From the NCBI GenBank assembly GCA_036867785.1, contig CP145427.1:62001-126000 (forward strand): a DNA stretch of 64,000 nt, given 5' to 3'. Positions 44,371 through 56,310 of this stretch are shown here, piece by piece (the first letter of the stretch is position 1; each line of letters starts with the position of its first letter). The stretch comes from Plasmodiophora brassicae (taxonomy: Eukaryota). Under the pieces are notes generated by a model. That model made no database searches. It was given only the letters and a program-made list of their open reading frames with translations, and had not been told where the DNA came from. The position numbers and the translations under genes are program-made.

Positions 44371-47307
44371 ATGTTGACCGGACGCCACGTCGCCGTTCTG
44401 GTCCTTGTCGTTGCGGCGGCGGTGGTACGCGTCGACGGCGCGGCGTCGGAGCGGCAAGACTTTTTCGATGCGGTTTGCAACGGCGACCTTAGGGCCGTCC
44501 AGCGCCACAATCGTTCCTGTCTGGTGTGGACCGCTGGCGAGTTTTGCACGTCTGGCCCGAATATCACAGGCTTGCATTTGGCAGCCGTGTATGGGTATGA
44601 CCATATTGTGTCGTGGCTGATCCACAGCGGTGCTGACGTGAACGCCGTCGATGGTAACGGCAACACGCCCCTACACCTAGCGTGCGTATCGGAAAAGCAA
44701 GCTGTTGTTGTCGAGATTGTTGCGAGCGGTCGCGCCGACCTATTCGCCCGAAACAGGTTCCAGCAAACCCCTCTCGGGATTGCGATGACCGCCTACGTGG
44801 GCCTCCACCTCAGTCCTGAACGCTGCGACAATGTTCTTGGAATCGTTATGGTCCTGCTTGATGCTGGCGCGACATATGGCGAAAATTGGGACATTGCCCG
44901 TTTGAAGATGGCCAGACGAAAGCGGCTTCTGGGTTTCCTTCGTACGAAGGCAAAGCCTAGAACCTTGTTCAACGCCATCAAGGATGCGGATGAAGACTCC
45001 GTTCGAGGGATCTGTGACGGCAATGTTCGATGGGTGCAATGGACGGATCCGACCGGCCGTGACCCTCCATTCCAGGCAGCACTTGCAGCGCTTTGGAAAG
45101 CGTCTTCGGCGGTTTCCATTCGCAATTCTTCCGAACGCGACCTCGGGATTAATCGCTACCAGCGGCTGCTGTCCATATGTCGTTACTTTGCTCTGCACCC
45201 GAACACCGATGTCACAATACCTGTTTATAACGTCGACGACGGCTTTCTTGGGCTAGTATGGATGCCTTCTGTGCACGTCGCGGCAGTCTCAGGCGATCGT
45301 GCTCTACTGGCGACTATAATCGATCGGGAACCACGCCTTATCAATTCCCAGTGTACTGGCATGACCGTCATCGACTGGTGCTCTCTGCGGCTAGCCCGAG
45401 ACCCCAACGAGTGGATGCGTCAGCACCTTCGTGCGAATCGCGACCTTCTGATAGAGAAAGGCGCTGACATCTGGGGCAGTGAGCTCCCACTAGCGTTTCT
45501 TCTTTCCTCATCAATCAACGTTACCATGCTGTACCTGCACCAGGCCAGAAATCTGAACGAGCTCGTCAATACTCGATTCATGGTCGCCGCAGATGAGGAA
45601 ATCGTTGCTATCGAATCGAACCGAGACGGTTGGAGCCCTCTGCTGGGAGCTATTGTAGCGGGCAACGACATAATTGCAATGGCCCTGATCGATGCGGGGG
45701 CGGACGTCACTGTTAGCGGCAGCCTCACTCCCGATGGAATTGTCCAGCACGTCTTGCATGCTGCCGTTGAAGAAGGTCTCTCAGACAGGTTAATTTGCAA
45801 GCTTGTCTCGCATCCGGACATTGACATTGACAAGGTTGACGAATTGGGACGCACGCCGCTCTCTATAGCCGTGCACGAGGCGTTGTCGAAGTCGAACGCC
45901 AAGCCATACCTGTCCATCGTGAACCTGCTATTGGAGAATGGTGCTAGCCCGTGTGCCCTTGGAAATGATACGCCCTGCAACATCAAAGCTCTTTTCGCGG
46001 AACATCGTCCCGCGTGCGTGCGCGAGGATCCACGTCCAGCCCTGCTTGAAGGCATTCTGGCTTGCAACCTGAGCGCTGTCCATCAGATCTGCCGCAAGTT
46101 TCCACACTGGCATGCGTGGCATCTCGACGCTGGTCGTTCGGCGTTCGACATCGTGTTCGGGAACCTGCTGACTACCACCTCCAATGGCGTTGACCGGCAG
46201 CGATTGACAGATTTGGCTGCCTATCTGATTGGGGCCTGTCCATACCCTGATCTTAGGTCGCTTCGTGTGGCTGTCCTGTACGGTACGGCCGATCTTGTCA
46301 ACTCTATCATCGCCAAGAACCCTTATCTTCTCAATCGTACTGACGAACATGGTATGACGCCGCTGTCCTGGTGCTCTTTGCATCTCTACTGGAATCGTCA
46401 TGACGCGCAACGTGCTGGGCCTATTCGCGACGCCCTCATTCAGCGATGGCATGCGGATGTCGATGCGATTTCTTTCATTGTGGCCGTTGACCTCGGTGTT
46501 ACAAAGTCATACTTGACGAGAAACAATGGGACAGGAATTGATGCTGTCATCACTAATGCTGACCGCGACGTGCGTTTCCCGCAAGTGGCACCAGCTGGCA
46601 CACGTGGGAACACAGCACTGCATATGGCGCTGCTCGACCGGCATCTCTGCAATGAGGAAATTGCCATGTTCCTCGTCGATCGAGGTGCTGACCTGACCGC
46701 TGTTGATGGGCTAGGTCGAACGCCTCTGCATTTGGCCAGTCGCGCCGGCCTGCATTCCGTTGTACAGCGTATTCTCCAGAAGGCGTCTGAGACGAACGTC
46801 GATGTCATCACATGTACTGATCATTCCGACATGACGCCTCTGTTGATGGCTCTGGCATATAGCCGTGGAGATGAATCCTCTGCGAAGACCATTGCGCTTT
46901 TAGCGTCGCCTCCAGAAGGCCGAGCGCAGTTACGACGAATTCAGGACAGCATCTCTCCTCAGAACACGAAGGGACTCCGGCTACATCGTGCCTTGGACGT
47001 TATAAGTATCGTCGCGGAATCGTCGATAGCGCTCGCGATTGCACATCGTTTGGTGCATCGCTTCCGCCAAACGCGTCCTGCTCATACCACGTTGTCGACA
47101 GGCTTCGAAAAGGCGGTCATTGCTGCTACCGTCGCATCCTTCACCTTTGTGTTAGCGCGCAAGTCTGCAAGGGCCCGGGTCTATCTTGAGCAATCAGCTA
47201 CCGGGGCTTCTCTTGCTGCTACAGTGCCAAAATCGGGTGCACACAGGGCAATGTTCGGCGTGTGTGTCGGTGTGTCCGTCTTCCTCGCCTCTTTGTTCAT
47301 GCCCTGA
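44371..47307 (+). CDS. Large intronless ankyrin-repeat protein with signal peptide and C-terminal hydrophobic helices
   Basis: Leader MLTGRHVAVLVLVVAAAVVRVDGA (ATG 44371). Many ankyrin repeats (GNTPLHLAC, GWSPLLGAI, GRTPLSIAV, GNTALHMAL, GRTPLHLAS). Terminal MFGVCVGVSVFLASLFMP. Confidence 0.9.
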   Translation: MLTGRHVAVLVLVVAAAVVRVDGAASERQDFFDAVCNGDLRAVQRHNRSCLVWTAGEFCTSGPNITGLHLAAVYGYDHIVSWLIHSGADVNAVDGNGNTPLHLACVSEKQAVVVEIVASGRADLFARNRFQQTPLGIAMTAYVGLHLSPERCDNVLGIVMVLLDAGATYGENWDIARLKMARRKRLLGFLRTKAKPRTLFNAIKDADEDSVRGICDGNVRWVQWTDPTGRDPPFQAALAALWKASSAVSIRNSSERDLGINRYQRLLSICRYFALHPNTDVTIPVYNVDDGFLGLVWMPSVHVAAVSGDRALLATIIDREPRLINSQCTGMTVIDWCSLRLARDPNEWMRQHLRANRDLLIEKGADIWGSELPLAFLLSSSINVTMLYLHQARNLNELVNTRFMVAADEEIVAIESNRDGWSPLLGAIVAGNDIIAMALIDAGADVTVSGSLTPDGIVQHVLHAAVEEGLSDRLICKLVSHPDIDIDKVDELGRTPLSIAVHEALSKSNAKPYLSIVNLLLENGASPCALGNDTPCNIKALFAEHRPACVREDPRPALLEGILACNLSAVHQICRKFPHWHAWHLDAGRSAFDIVFGNLLTTTSNGVDRQRLTDLAAYLIGACPYPDLRSLRVAVLYGTADLVNSIIAKNPYLLNRTDEHGMTPLSWCSLHLYWNRHDAQRAGPIRDALIQRWHADVDAISFIVAVDLGVTKSYLTRNNGTGIDAVITNADRDVRFPQVAPAGTRGNTALHMALLDRHLCNEEIAMFLVDRGADLTAVDGLGRTPLHLASRAGLHSVVQRILQKASETNVDVITCTDHSDMTPLLMALAYSRGDESSAKTIALLASPPEGRAQLRRIQDSISPQNTKGLRLHRALDVISIVAESSIALAIAHRLVHRFRQTRPAHTTLSTGFEKAVIAATVASFTFVLARKSARARVYLEQSATGASLAATVPKSGAHRAMFGVCVGVSVFLASLFMP

Positions 47308-47336
47308 CGCAATGCTCCGATCCTGCGGTATCGGCC

Positions 47337-47597
47337 TCGCTTACCAAGTGTGTAAGTTTGAAAATATACAGGACATAATATGGGGTTCCGACCGATGGCC
47401 TCACCGTTCTGCAATGGGCCGTAACGCATGGCAAGAAACAGATTGTCGAAGTCCTGGTGGATGTTCCAGGCACAGACGTTAACGACGTGCGTAACGGGTT
47501 GCAACGGACGACGACATTGCACTGGGCCACGTTTGAGGACAATGCTCACATCGTAAAATTGCTGCTTATATGGACCTGCTTATGGACCCTGTTGTAA
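47337..47597 (+). pseudogene. Ankyrin gene remnant paralogous to the 33.0-34.3 kb gene
   Basis: AYQVCKFENIQDIIWG /frameshift/ DGLTVLQWAVTHGKKQIVEVLVDVPGTDVNDVRNGLQRTTTLHWATFEDNAHIVKLLL aligns with GYRTAKFASFATAWEGGHTILQWAARGGYTEVVEFLVSVPGLLVNEVRGTLLQRTALHWA. No start codon or signal peptide. Confidence 0.75.
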
Positions 47598-47969
47598 GCA
47601 CCAATGCACGCGATAACGGACTCTGGACGCCTGTGCAAATAGCTGACGTACATTGGCGGATTCTTGCGTTTGTTCTCCAACGACCCGATACCAAAGCAGT
47701 CCTCATGGTGTGACAAGGAATGACATTGGGTATCAGTATCAAATATCGCTTCCGGGCCCACGTGACCTGCTGTCGGCACTACTTCCGTTCAGTCATTCAC
47801 TTGTGGGCGGCTGAAATGCTACTACGTTTGCCGTTTTACTGACGAAATCGATGAAACAAGGACGAGCAGTGTACTGCGCAAACAGCATATTGCGCACGCG
47901 GAAGGTAAGCATTACCCATGTTCCGAAACCGCTCTCATCCGTCAGCAAATTGACCGTTTCGTTTAGTAC

Positions 47970-50900
47970 TCAATCGTTCGCCTCGAAGAAGTTGGCGATG
48001 GGCGGGAACACGTCACGGTATGCGTTCTTGCCGTACAGGCAATCCAGATGGCTGTACCTGTCGACGATCTGCAGCGAGAACAACGAGGTCGGCACGCGAT
48101 TCTTCTCGGCCACCTGTACCAGGGTATCGTAGGCATTTCTCGCCGCCGACGCCACCCAGACGACGTTCTCGGCGCCGTTCACAAGGTGGATGGGGATTTG
48201 GGCGCGCACCAACTCGGGAAGCAATGTGTCGAGGTCTTTCACGAACGGTCCTGGACCACGAAGCCTTTCGACGGCATCGAACAGGAAGCTGAATGCACTG
48301 TATCCGAAGATGGACGGGTAGGCAGCATGCGTGTCATGGTTCAACTGGTCGTGGGAGACCAGGCGCCCGAACGTGAATGTGGTCATATGGCAGGCCGGAC
48401 TGCTGCAGAATTCGCCCCAACCGCAAGCGAGTTGGGAGATGACCCCAATAGCTCCGCGCAGGACGATATTGTTGGATGAAGTGCGACTCGGGTCCAGCCC
48501 TTTCCAATGCAGAGCTTTGAATACGTAGTCCAGGTACATGCGTTTCCGGATGTTGTTGTACAGGCCGGTCTGAGGCATGAAATGCCCTTGAAGCAAGCAG
48601 ACGGCGCGGACGCGCTTGCGAATGTTCGCGTCATGAAGCAGAGCCAGCGAGAAGGAGATCGCCCCAAGGCAGTGCGCAAGAATCGACACCTTCGACGATT
48701 TGGACAGCTCGAGAATCTTGCCGAGCAACGCCGGGTAATCTTTGCTCGCGATGTCGTTCAGCGTTCCGCCCTGTCGCGCCGCTTCGGGATTCCACGGCGA
48801 GAACCGCAATTCCCCGACGTACACGTCGAACCCGCGATCCGTCATGAATTGCACAGCGTTCACGGCGATCGTTGGCGCTACGTCATCATCAACCCTTAGT
48901 CAGGCAGCACACAAGACAAGCCCCCTGTGCAGGACGTACCTTGATAGACGTTCACGACGGCTTGTCCAGCGAACATGGCGATGGGATGCTTTCGGCGTTG
49001 CTGGGACCGTGGTGACCGTTCGTATCTCGTGATGAGAAGGTCCAATCCATCGGCGGTCGTGACTGTGAACGTGGTTGTCCGCGGCTCGTATGCGACCTTG
49101 TCGATGTATGACGGGTGGTCGAACGTGGACTGCAGCATGACGTAGAGCTGAATGGCCTTCTCGATGCTGATCTTCAGCGCTCCGGAACAGGCGAACGCAT
49201 CCCGAAGTCTGTCCGTCCACGTTCGATGCTGCGAAGTGCCCGAACGGAACGTCAAGGGAATGCGCAGGGCATCCAGCAAGGACACTTTGATGGTACCCGA
49301 CAGTGTGACCAACTTGCCCAGGCCATCACGGTGGGTCATCTGCATAAAGGACGTCAGCCGTCATTTTGAATGCCACGCGAACTGGAAATCCAGACCTCGA
49401 CGAATGCCGTCGTTGCATCGTGGAACAGTTCGAATGGTGACGAAAACTTGTTTCGAAGGTATTTCTTTGCGATCGCCTGATACTCGATGCCTTCCTGGGT
49501 CAGCAGCGTCAACCGGTAGATGAGGCGTGCGCCCGCCACAGCATCGGGATCGTCTTCGAATACGGCGGTCCCATGCACGGCCAGATGCTCCTTGGATATA
49601 TGTTGGCAGACAGTCGTGCCAGACACGGGATAAACGACACCCATGATTGCAGACGGGTCAATCGACGATATCGTCAGCGATAACGATATCGGGAACTGTT
49701 GCTGCCCACCGACAACGCCGACGGAACCCTGCATCCGTTCTGTGAACGAGTACGCTCGCTGCATCGTCCTCGAGCCCCCGTTCTCGCCTCGCACCGTCTC
49801 GGTATCGACCTCCAGGTCCGGATCGTCTTCGACAACCTACCATCGAATGATGAATGAACCACGGCGACTGTGAACAGTTGCTGTCAGACCTTCGCCAGCG
49901 CGCGTTCAGCCAGGGTTGTTATGGTGAGGCTCGGGTTGATGCCGATCGCCAGCGGGATAATCGACCCATCCATGACATACAGGCCCTGGTGGACGCCACC
50001 GTCATCACCGTCATAGACCCGGCACCTGTCGTCAACGACGCCTTTCGATGGCGTATCGCTCATGCAGCACCCGCCCAGCGAGTGCACAGTAATTGTACGG
50101 TTCGTGAGGGTGATGGCAGGGTTGCCGATCAGGCCTTCACCGTTCAGCATGTTCGTCGCCGCCTCCATCACGTCATTCGCGCGCCTACACGAAAACGAAC
50201 GTTCACAGTGGGCAATTACTTGGACAAGACGTTATATCTGACTGGTAGTTCGGCAGCTTGGTGGATCCAGGCCAGCGAAGGTCAAGAGTGTCATCGCATT
50301 GTTTCAGGGACATGGACCCGTTCTTGGACGGGTCGTCATGCGACATGACCAGATAGGCGACGACGTGGTTGACATCCGTTCGGGTGGGTTGCCGCGCCAG
50401 ATCGTACAGGAGCTGATGGAACTGGTCGGGACGTTGCACCGCCGCCTCCACAACCGTTGCCAGCGGCATCAGCGGCGCGATCAGCGGCTTCAACGCGTAC
50501 GGGAACGTCGCATCCTCCAAGATCACGTCATCCTTCAGCAGGTCCTCGACGTCGACGTCATCGGACGGCACCACGCCCTTCCGCATCGTGAACGTTGCCC
50601 CGCTTGCAATGCAGGGGCCCGGTGCATGGTTCCAGTGTTGCGCCTTGTCCAAGTACGACGGGTTGCCGAACGTGGCCGTCCGGCGATCCAGCCCAACGCC
50701 CATGCCGAGCGAGTCGCCATTCCCCGAGTACCCTCTGCCGATCGCCGACGACAGGCGCACGCCCGACCGGGAACGCAGCAGGATCTCTGTGGATCCCAGC
50801 GCGCCCGCTGCCAGAACAACTCGTCCGGCGCGGACGAACCGCTCAGGCGATTCGGTATCCCCTGTCGGCTTGTAGAACACGAGGTACTCGCCCGGCAGCG

Positions 50901-51708
50901 TCTTGACCCTGGTGACCTGGACCTCGGTGAAGATGCGCGCGCCCGACGCCCACGCGTCCGCGATGTAATTCATCTGCGTCGTGTTCTTCGCGCCCGTGTT
51001 GCACCCGGTGACGCAGTTGCCGCACAGGTTGCACGCCGGTTGCACGTACCCGCTCGGGTGGCCCTGCTGCTCGAACGACACTGCCATTGGGTACTTACGC
51101 CATTCGATGGAGGCCCCCGGCGGCACGCCCCTCTCCTGCAGGCGCGCTGCGGCGTCCTTGATGGCTTCGAGTTTCGTCAACCGAGGCCAGTTGTCGGGGT
51201 AGACCTGGGCGCTCAACTCGTTGCGCACGCGATCGGCGTACCGCTCCATGTCGCCTTTGCGGTAGGCGACACGGATGGCGTCGGGCCAGAGGCGCGACTC
51301 GAAGACGCGAGGGTCGGGCTCGATGATGACGCCGGCGTTGATGAGGCTGCCGCCGCCCAGACCGCACCCGACGACGGCGATAACGTCGTCGTAGACGCGG
51401 ATGTCGTAGAGCCCGTCACGAGGGCCGACATGGGAGGTCGGCGTGTCGGCGCAGGAGACCGTGATTTGAGCCTCGGCGATCGCATCGGGAGTCGAAGTTG
51501 GGAACTGGCCCGGCAAGCGTTCCCTTCCGCGCTCGAAGACAGCGACCGACAGGCGCGCCCCGGTGGATTTCGATCGCATCTGCGAGAAGCGCAGCGCGGC
51601 GCACCCGCCCCCGTACCCGGACCCCACGACGACAACGTCATACCGGTCCGCTATTGATTCTCGGTCCGACGTGATCGAGAAGAAGCGGGCGGCGCCCGGC
51701 GACGACAT
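47970..51708 (-). CDS. GMC oxidoreductase (cholesterol oxidase-like) fused to a C-terminal alpha/beta-hydrolase, multi-exon
   Basis: GMC motifs VVVGSGYGGG, GCGLGGGSLINAGV, CNLCGNCVTGCNTGAKNT, AAGALGSTEILLRS, TVHSLGGC and VMDGSIIP..GINPSLTITTLAER. Middle domain SFTERMQG. Hydrolase motifs AHCLGA and YSHLDCLYG. Confidence 0.9.
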
Positions 51709-51815
51709 CGCTGGCACTGAGTGCAGGGAGAGACGAGATGAGGTGCAGCCCCTTGGTGCATCGGAACGTGACCCTGTTTATTATTGCCAGAAGTGTGGCG
51801 CGCCCAGGAGCGCCG

Positions 51816-54351
51816 TCATCCATATTCGGTGTCAGATGAGGTGGTCAGCGTCCTGGCTCCATTGTTGAACTTGTCGACGGCTTCGGAGCGGCGAAACCGG
51901 CGGCTGGGTGAGAGGTGATGATCAGCGTCGCTTAAAGAAGGAAGGTGGTTGGGCCACGTCGGCGGCATGTTGACCATGCCTTGGGAGGTTGGTGCCACGA
52001 CTGGGTACCGACCGCCTGCGAACATTGCGGGATCGTAGACGTTGCTGATTGCGACCGGCCTTGTCGGAATTCCTACGGGGAAGGAGGGGGCAGGACGCCG
52101 TTGATCCGAATCTTGTTTCCGGATCGATGCGAAGCGTCCAGCATGGAAGGTGGCACAGAAACACAATCCGAGTATGATGACAATCGCGGTAACGGCACCT
52201 GCAACCACGATCACAGACATTGAGACGTTTGGCGAATTCGACGAAACTTGCGAGCTGGGTGGTGGTCTTGGCGCGTGTGTGCTTCTCATGGCCGCTGCTG
52301 CAGATAGCCTGCTATAACTGGTCGCCGATTTGCTGCCTCGTAACGACGTGGGAAGTGGACGGGTGGTACTCAATAGCGAAGGACTGCTGCTGGCCACAGA
52401 CCCAGACGACGTCGAAGCAGGACCTCTGGGGCGTCGAATAATAGTGCTGGTCTTCACACGCGAACATGTCGCCACAACGCTGAGATGCTTCTGCTGTCCA
52501 GGGAACGGGTCGCCGAACAGCGCAGTCGTGACGGTCAAGTTACAGAAGGACCTGGGAAGGCACCTGTCGTTGACGATAGCACTGCTGTTCGCCGCATGAT
52601 ATGCCCCCAGGGAGAACGTCGGGAACACTCCCAAAGGCATGCCGTACGACGCGAACGAGATTGCAGAGATAGCGGCGTACCCAGGTGGACATTGCAATGT
52701 TAGTGAGTACCCGTCGAAGGCGGTGCCTCCGATGACTCCTGGCCCAGGGGAGGTCACGTTTGGTGCCGTCCCCAGCATAAGCTGCTGAAGATCCTGGTAC
52801 TGCAAGACTCTTGGCCAAAACCGCAGATCGCTTACGAGGCCCATAAAGAGCGGAGTCGGATCCGACGGTCGCGTCGACAGCCAGACTTGCTGGGTTGTGT
52901 GGTTAATTGCAACCGCGTTCGGCATCGGCGTGGATTGCTGGAAGAGGGTGCCGTTGGAGAGGCTGAAGGTCAAGGATAGCTGCCATCCCGAAGCCACGGA
53001 TACGGCGACGAACACCCAGGACGCTAATGGCACAGCTTGAGCTGAGGTCATCGAGCAGAAGGGTCCTTCCTTTCGTGGCTGCGTACACGTAAAGTGATTG
53101 CGGCGCCTGAAACTGTAGGCCTGGGGCGCGAACCCATTCCGGTCCATCCACGGCTGGCTGTACGACCATGATGTATGCTTTCGACGAAGGCGACATGAGA
53201 CGGCTGTTCGGATCGATGAACAGCCACATGGTGTAGGTGAAGTCGACTGTGGCTTGAGCAATTGACGACAACGAGGGACTTGGTGACAGAACCTGCCCTT
53301 TGATCGGGTACCCGACACCTGCCATGTAGGAATACCCGCTGGCCGGACCAAGATCAGATGCGTTCGTGCACAAGGCTGACACGCTCAGGCGTTTCACGTT
53401 GTCTGGAAACGGGTCGCCGAACAGGGACGAGTCTGCGACGACCTGGCAAGATGACAACCCGAAGCAGGCGCCTTGTACAATGGCGGTACTGTTTGGGGAA
53501 TGATGATCCCCGATTGTAAAATCAGGGAACCATCCCTCTGGTGTGCCATACGACGCGAACAAGATCGACGTGATGGCTGTCCCATTTGGACACTGTAAGC
53601 TGACGGCGTAGCCATCAAACGCCAGATCACCGATGACCCCAGGTGGAGACGACCCTTTCGTCGGGATCGTGGATGCACGTAGCTGGTTGAGCGCGGATGA
53701 CGATAAGACTTGTGGCCAGAATCGTAGATCTCGAAAGGCCCCGAGAAACGTGATGCCCGTCGGTGACGTACCCCAGACCTGCTGTGAAGTGGGTTCGGTA
53801 TAGATGTTGCTCGGTAGCGCAACACTTTTCTGCGATAGGTTCCCAGATGGAAGGGTGAACGAGAGCGTCAAATTGCGCTTCGGACCACTGGATACCGACG
53901 CCGCTAGGAACACCCACGTCCCTATTGTCAGACTCTGCACGGAGGTGAGCGTCGGCCACTGCAGCGCGGACGTCTTCGATGTTTGACAGTAAGCCTTGAC
54001 CCGTAGGTCTTTCTGAAGCTGGATTGCGGGCGCTCGTACGAGAACCTGCGAATCCACCGGGTCGCTGACCACCAGCATAAAGGCGGCGTTCGAATACGTC
54101 ACCGAGTCGCGGTTGACGATCGCCCACCAGGTGTACGTGAAGTCCAACGTGGACTGTGCGAAAGACGATAAAGCTGGAACCGGCTGCAAGGCACGGCCAG
54201 CACGCGGGAACGTCGTATTACCGGCATAGACGTACCCACGCAGAGGTTCGTCGCCGACCACCCCGCGTGCATTGAAACAGATCACCGCCGCCACGACCAG
54301 GGCAAGCACAGCCTCCGACAAGCGATAGCAGGGGAACCCGAGAGCCGCCAT
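51816..54351 (-). CDS. Type I surface protein: 2x (LamG/ConA-like + SUEL/Gal_lectin) + S/T-rich stalk + TM; apparent frameshift near 53070
   Basis: Signal peptide. Repeated DFTYTxW..RAP..WVF..DLRFWP units, each followed by LQCP..I.FASYG.P.G..C..C..LFGDPFP..K.LSV..C. TM VIVVAGAVTAIVIILGLCFC. The two halves lie in different frames. Confidence 0.8.
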
Positions 54352-54571
54352 CTGGTCTCCCGTCTAGTACAGATGACGACGATCGAGGTACCACTGTGGA
54401 GATGCTCCGTTTGGTGCGACGGGTACGCCGGGCTCTGGCAGGCCGTATACGTTGTATGTAGGTAGGCTTGTGCGACATGTGCGCCAGTTGCAATTGTCCG
54501 TGGGACGGTTGCAGCTCAGACAGCGATGCGCGCAAATGCCACCGCCGCCGGCAAGGCCGCCGGCTGGAGAC

Positions 54572-55532
54572 ATGTCCAAGGTGGCCCACCCGCCCGCTTC
54601 TGTATAATTCGATTTGCCTAACGCGTCGCTCTCCGCAGGCGGTCTCGGTGGGGTCGCTGCTCGGTACGGAGCGGAGAATAGCATCCAGCGTGTCAATGTC
54701 AGTACAGATGATGCCGTTTCTCGACCGCCGGTGTCTAACGCGTTTCCGCAGGAGGAGCGCGCCAGGCAGTACGCGATGCTGACCGAAGAGGAAAAATCGA
54801 TGCCGATAGACGCGCCGTTGACCGACGACCTCGACCTGTCGAACACGGATATGGCCAGTATGGACCAGCCGATTCCCGGCAGCAACATCGGCTTTCGAAT
54901 GCTACAGAAGCTGGGCTGGAAGGCGGGGTCCGGTCTTGGTCGCCGGCAGCAGGGCATCATCGACCCGATCCGATTCGATGTCAAAGAGGAGGTCCTGGGC
55001 GTCGGTGCCGAATCCCACTACCGGGAGATGTCGAAGATGACGACCTCGGAGCGGAAACGGCTTGAATCCGAATCTCAACTCAACGAGACGCCCGAGCAGG
55101 CGGCCGTTCGGGAGGCGAAAGCCGAGCAACGTCGCCGGCAGGACCAGAACGTCCAGGACGAGTTGAGCAACCTGCGCTGCACGCTGTGCAACAAGCAGTA
55201 CACGAAGGCGATCGAGTACCAGGCGCACCTGGACAGCTATGATCACAACCATCGCAAGGTACGGTGCATCGTGACGACGCTTCTGTGGCCATTGCCGCTG
55301 TCAGGGGCGCTCTCTGTAGAGGTTTGCAGACATGCGCCGGGACCATCGTGTCGAGTCGGGGGCGACGTCTGCGGCGGCGGCTGAGGATCGTATGCTCGCC
55401 AAACGGATAGCAGCCGCTGCGAAAGCAGAACCAAGTGCGCCTGCACCCGCTCCCAAGGCGCTGGAGCAGAACGACGAACGCCCCGTGCTGAAGTTCTCGT
55501 TCAAGGCCAAACCGAAAGCGAAACGGAGGTAG
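54572..55532 (+). CDS. G-patch domain + C2H2 zinc-finger protein (GPATCH8-like), multi-exon
   Basis: SNIGFRMLQKLGWKAGSGLGRRQQGIIDPI and CTLCNKQY...EYQAHLDSYDHNHRK. The start exon is uncertain. Confidence 0.88.
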
Positions 55533-55719
55533 AATACAATGCATCGCCCCTAAACAATATTGTCTGCATGTGTTACAGGACCCGGTCCACATCTGTTAGG
55601 CAACCCCCTACCGATGGGCATCTCCTGTGCTCGTCCCGCCAATATGACCGCGCAGGCCACCTCGCGCTCCCGTTCCCGCCAGCTTCCCGTCCAAATAGAC
55701 TATAACGTGGCATTGAATT

Positions 55720-56190
55720 CGATGGGTACAGGTAAGAAGAACCTGACAGGCGAGCAGCGGCGCGGAGTACAGAGGCTGCTATAGAGTGCTCTGTCTGGAG
55801 GAACGGACCGCCCAACTAGGCCACGAGGCAGCTACAAGGGTTGTGTGGGCGAGGTCAACGCGCTGGAGGAGTTCAGCGTCAGCAGAAAGACAGCTGGATG
55901 TGTCTGGAAGCAAGGTAGGATAAGGTGGGATCCATGACGTGTTTCGGCGGATGTATCTTCGCAGATCAAGAGCGATCCCGCTTCATCCTGCCTGAGTCGA
56001 TAGAAGTTCTGCAGGCAAAGGTCAAGGAAACCCCTTTACGGCATCGGTCTAACTATAAAACGTTGTCAGCCGCGACCGAGATCTCAGCTGCCACCTTGCA
56101 TCGGATTCGCCGCGAAGACTTGCATCTCCACACTACCAGCGTTGTAAAGCCCCTGTTAACGGACGAGAACAAAGTAGCGCATGTGCAGAC
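55720..56190 (+). mobile_element. Degenerate Tc1/mariner-like transposase, N-terminal (HTH) remnant
   Basis: KKNLTGEQRRGVQRLL*, EFSVSRKTAGCVWKQG and LQAKVKETPLRHRSNYKTLSAATEISAATLHR..TSVVKPLLTDENK resemble plant/oomycete-type mariner N-termini. Contains stops and frameshifts. No DDD domain or TIRs seen. Confidence 0.65.
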
Positions 56191-56204
56191 ACCCCTTGAG
56201 GTGC

Positions 56205-56310
56205 ATTGCGAAGGTAGGATTGCAGAGCAATACCACGCCAGTTGGAAGGGTCGGCGGGTTCAGTGTTGCCCCTGTGGACAGGGTATAGAAATGGGGTGGC
56301 TTCCTGCATC
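56205..56310 (-). mobile_element. Possible non-LTR retrotransposon reverse-transcriptase fragment
   Basis: LYPVHRGNTEPADPSNWRGIALQS resembles the LINE RT motif PIxKxG...DPxN[YW]R[GP]I[AS]L. Very short. Confidence 0.45.

Noticed and set aside
50299-51657. Long Arg/Ala-rich ORFs opposite real genes (also 2253-3380, 7209-8720, 12506-13381, 30464-31414)
   Set aside because: These are antisense or off-frame shadows caused by high GC3, with no motifs.
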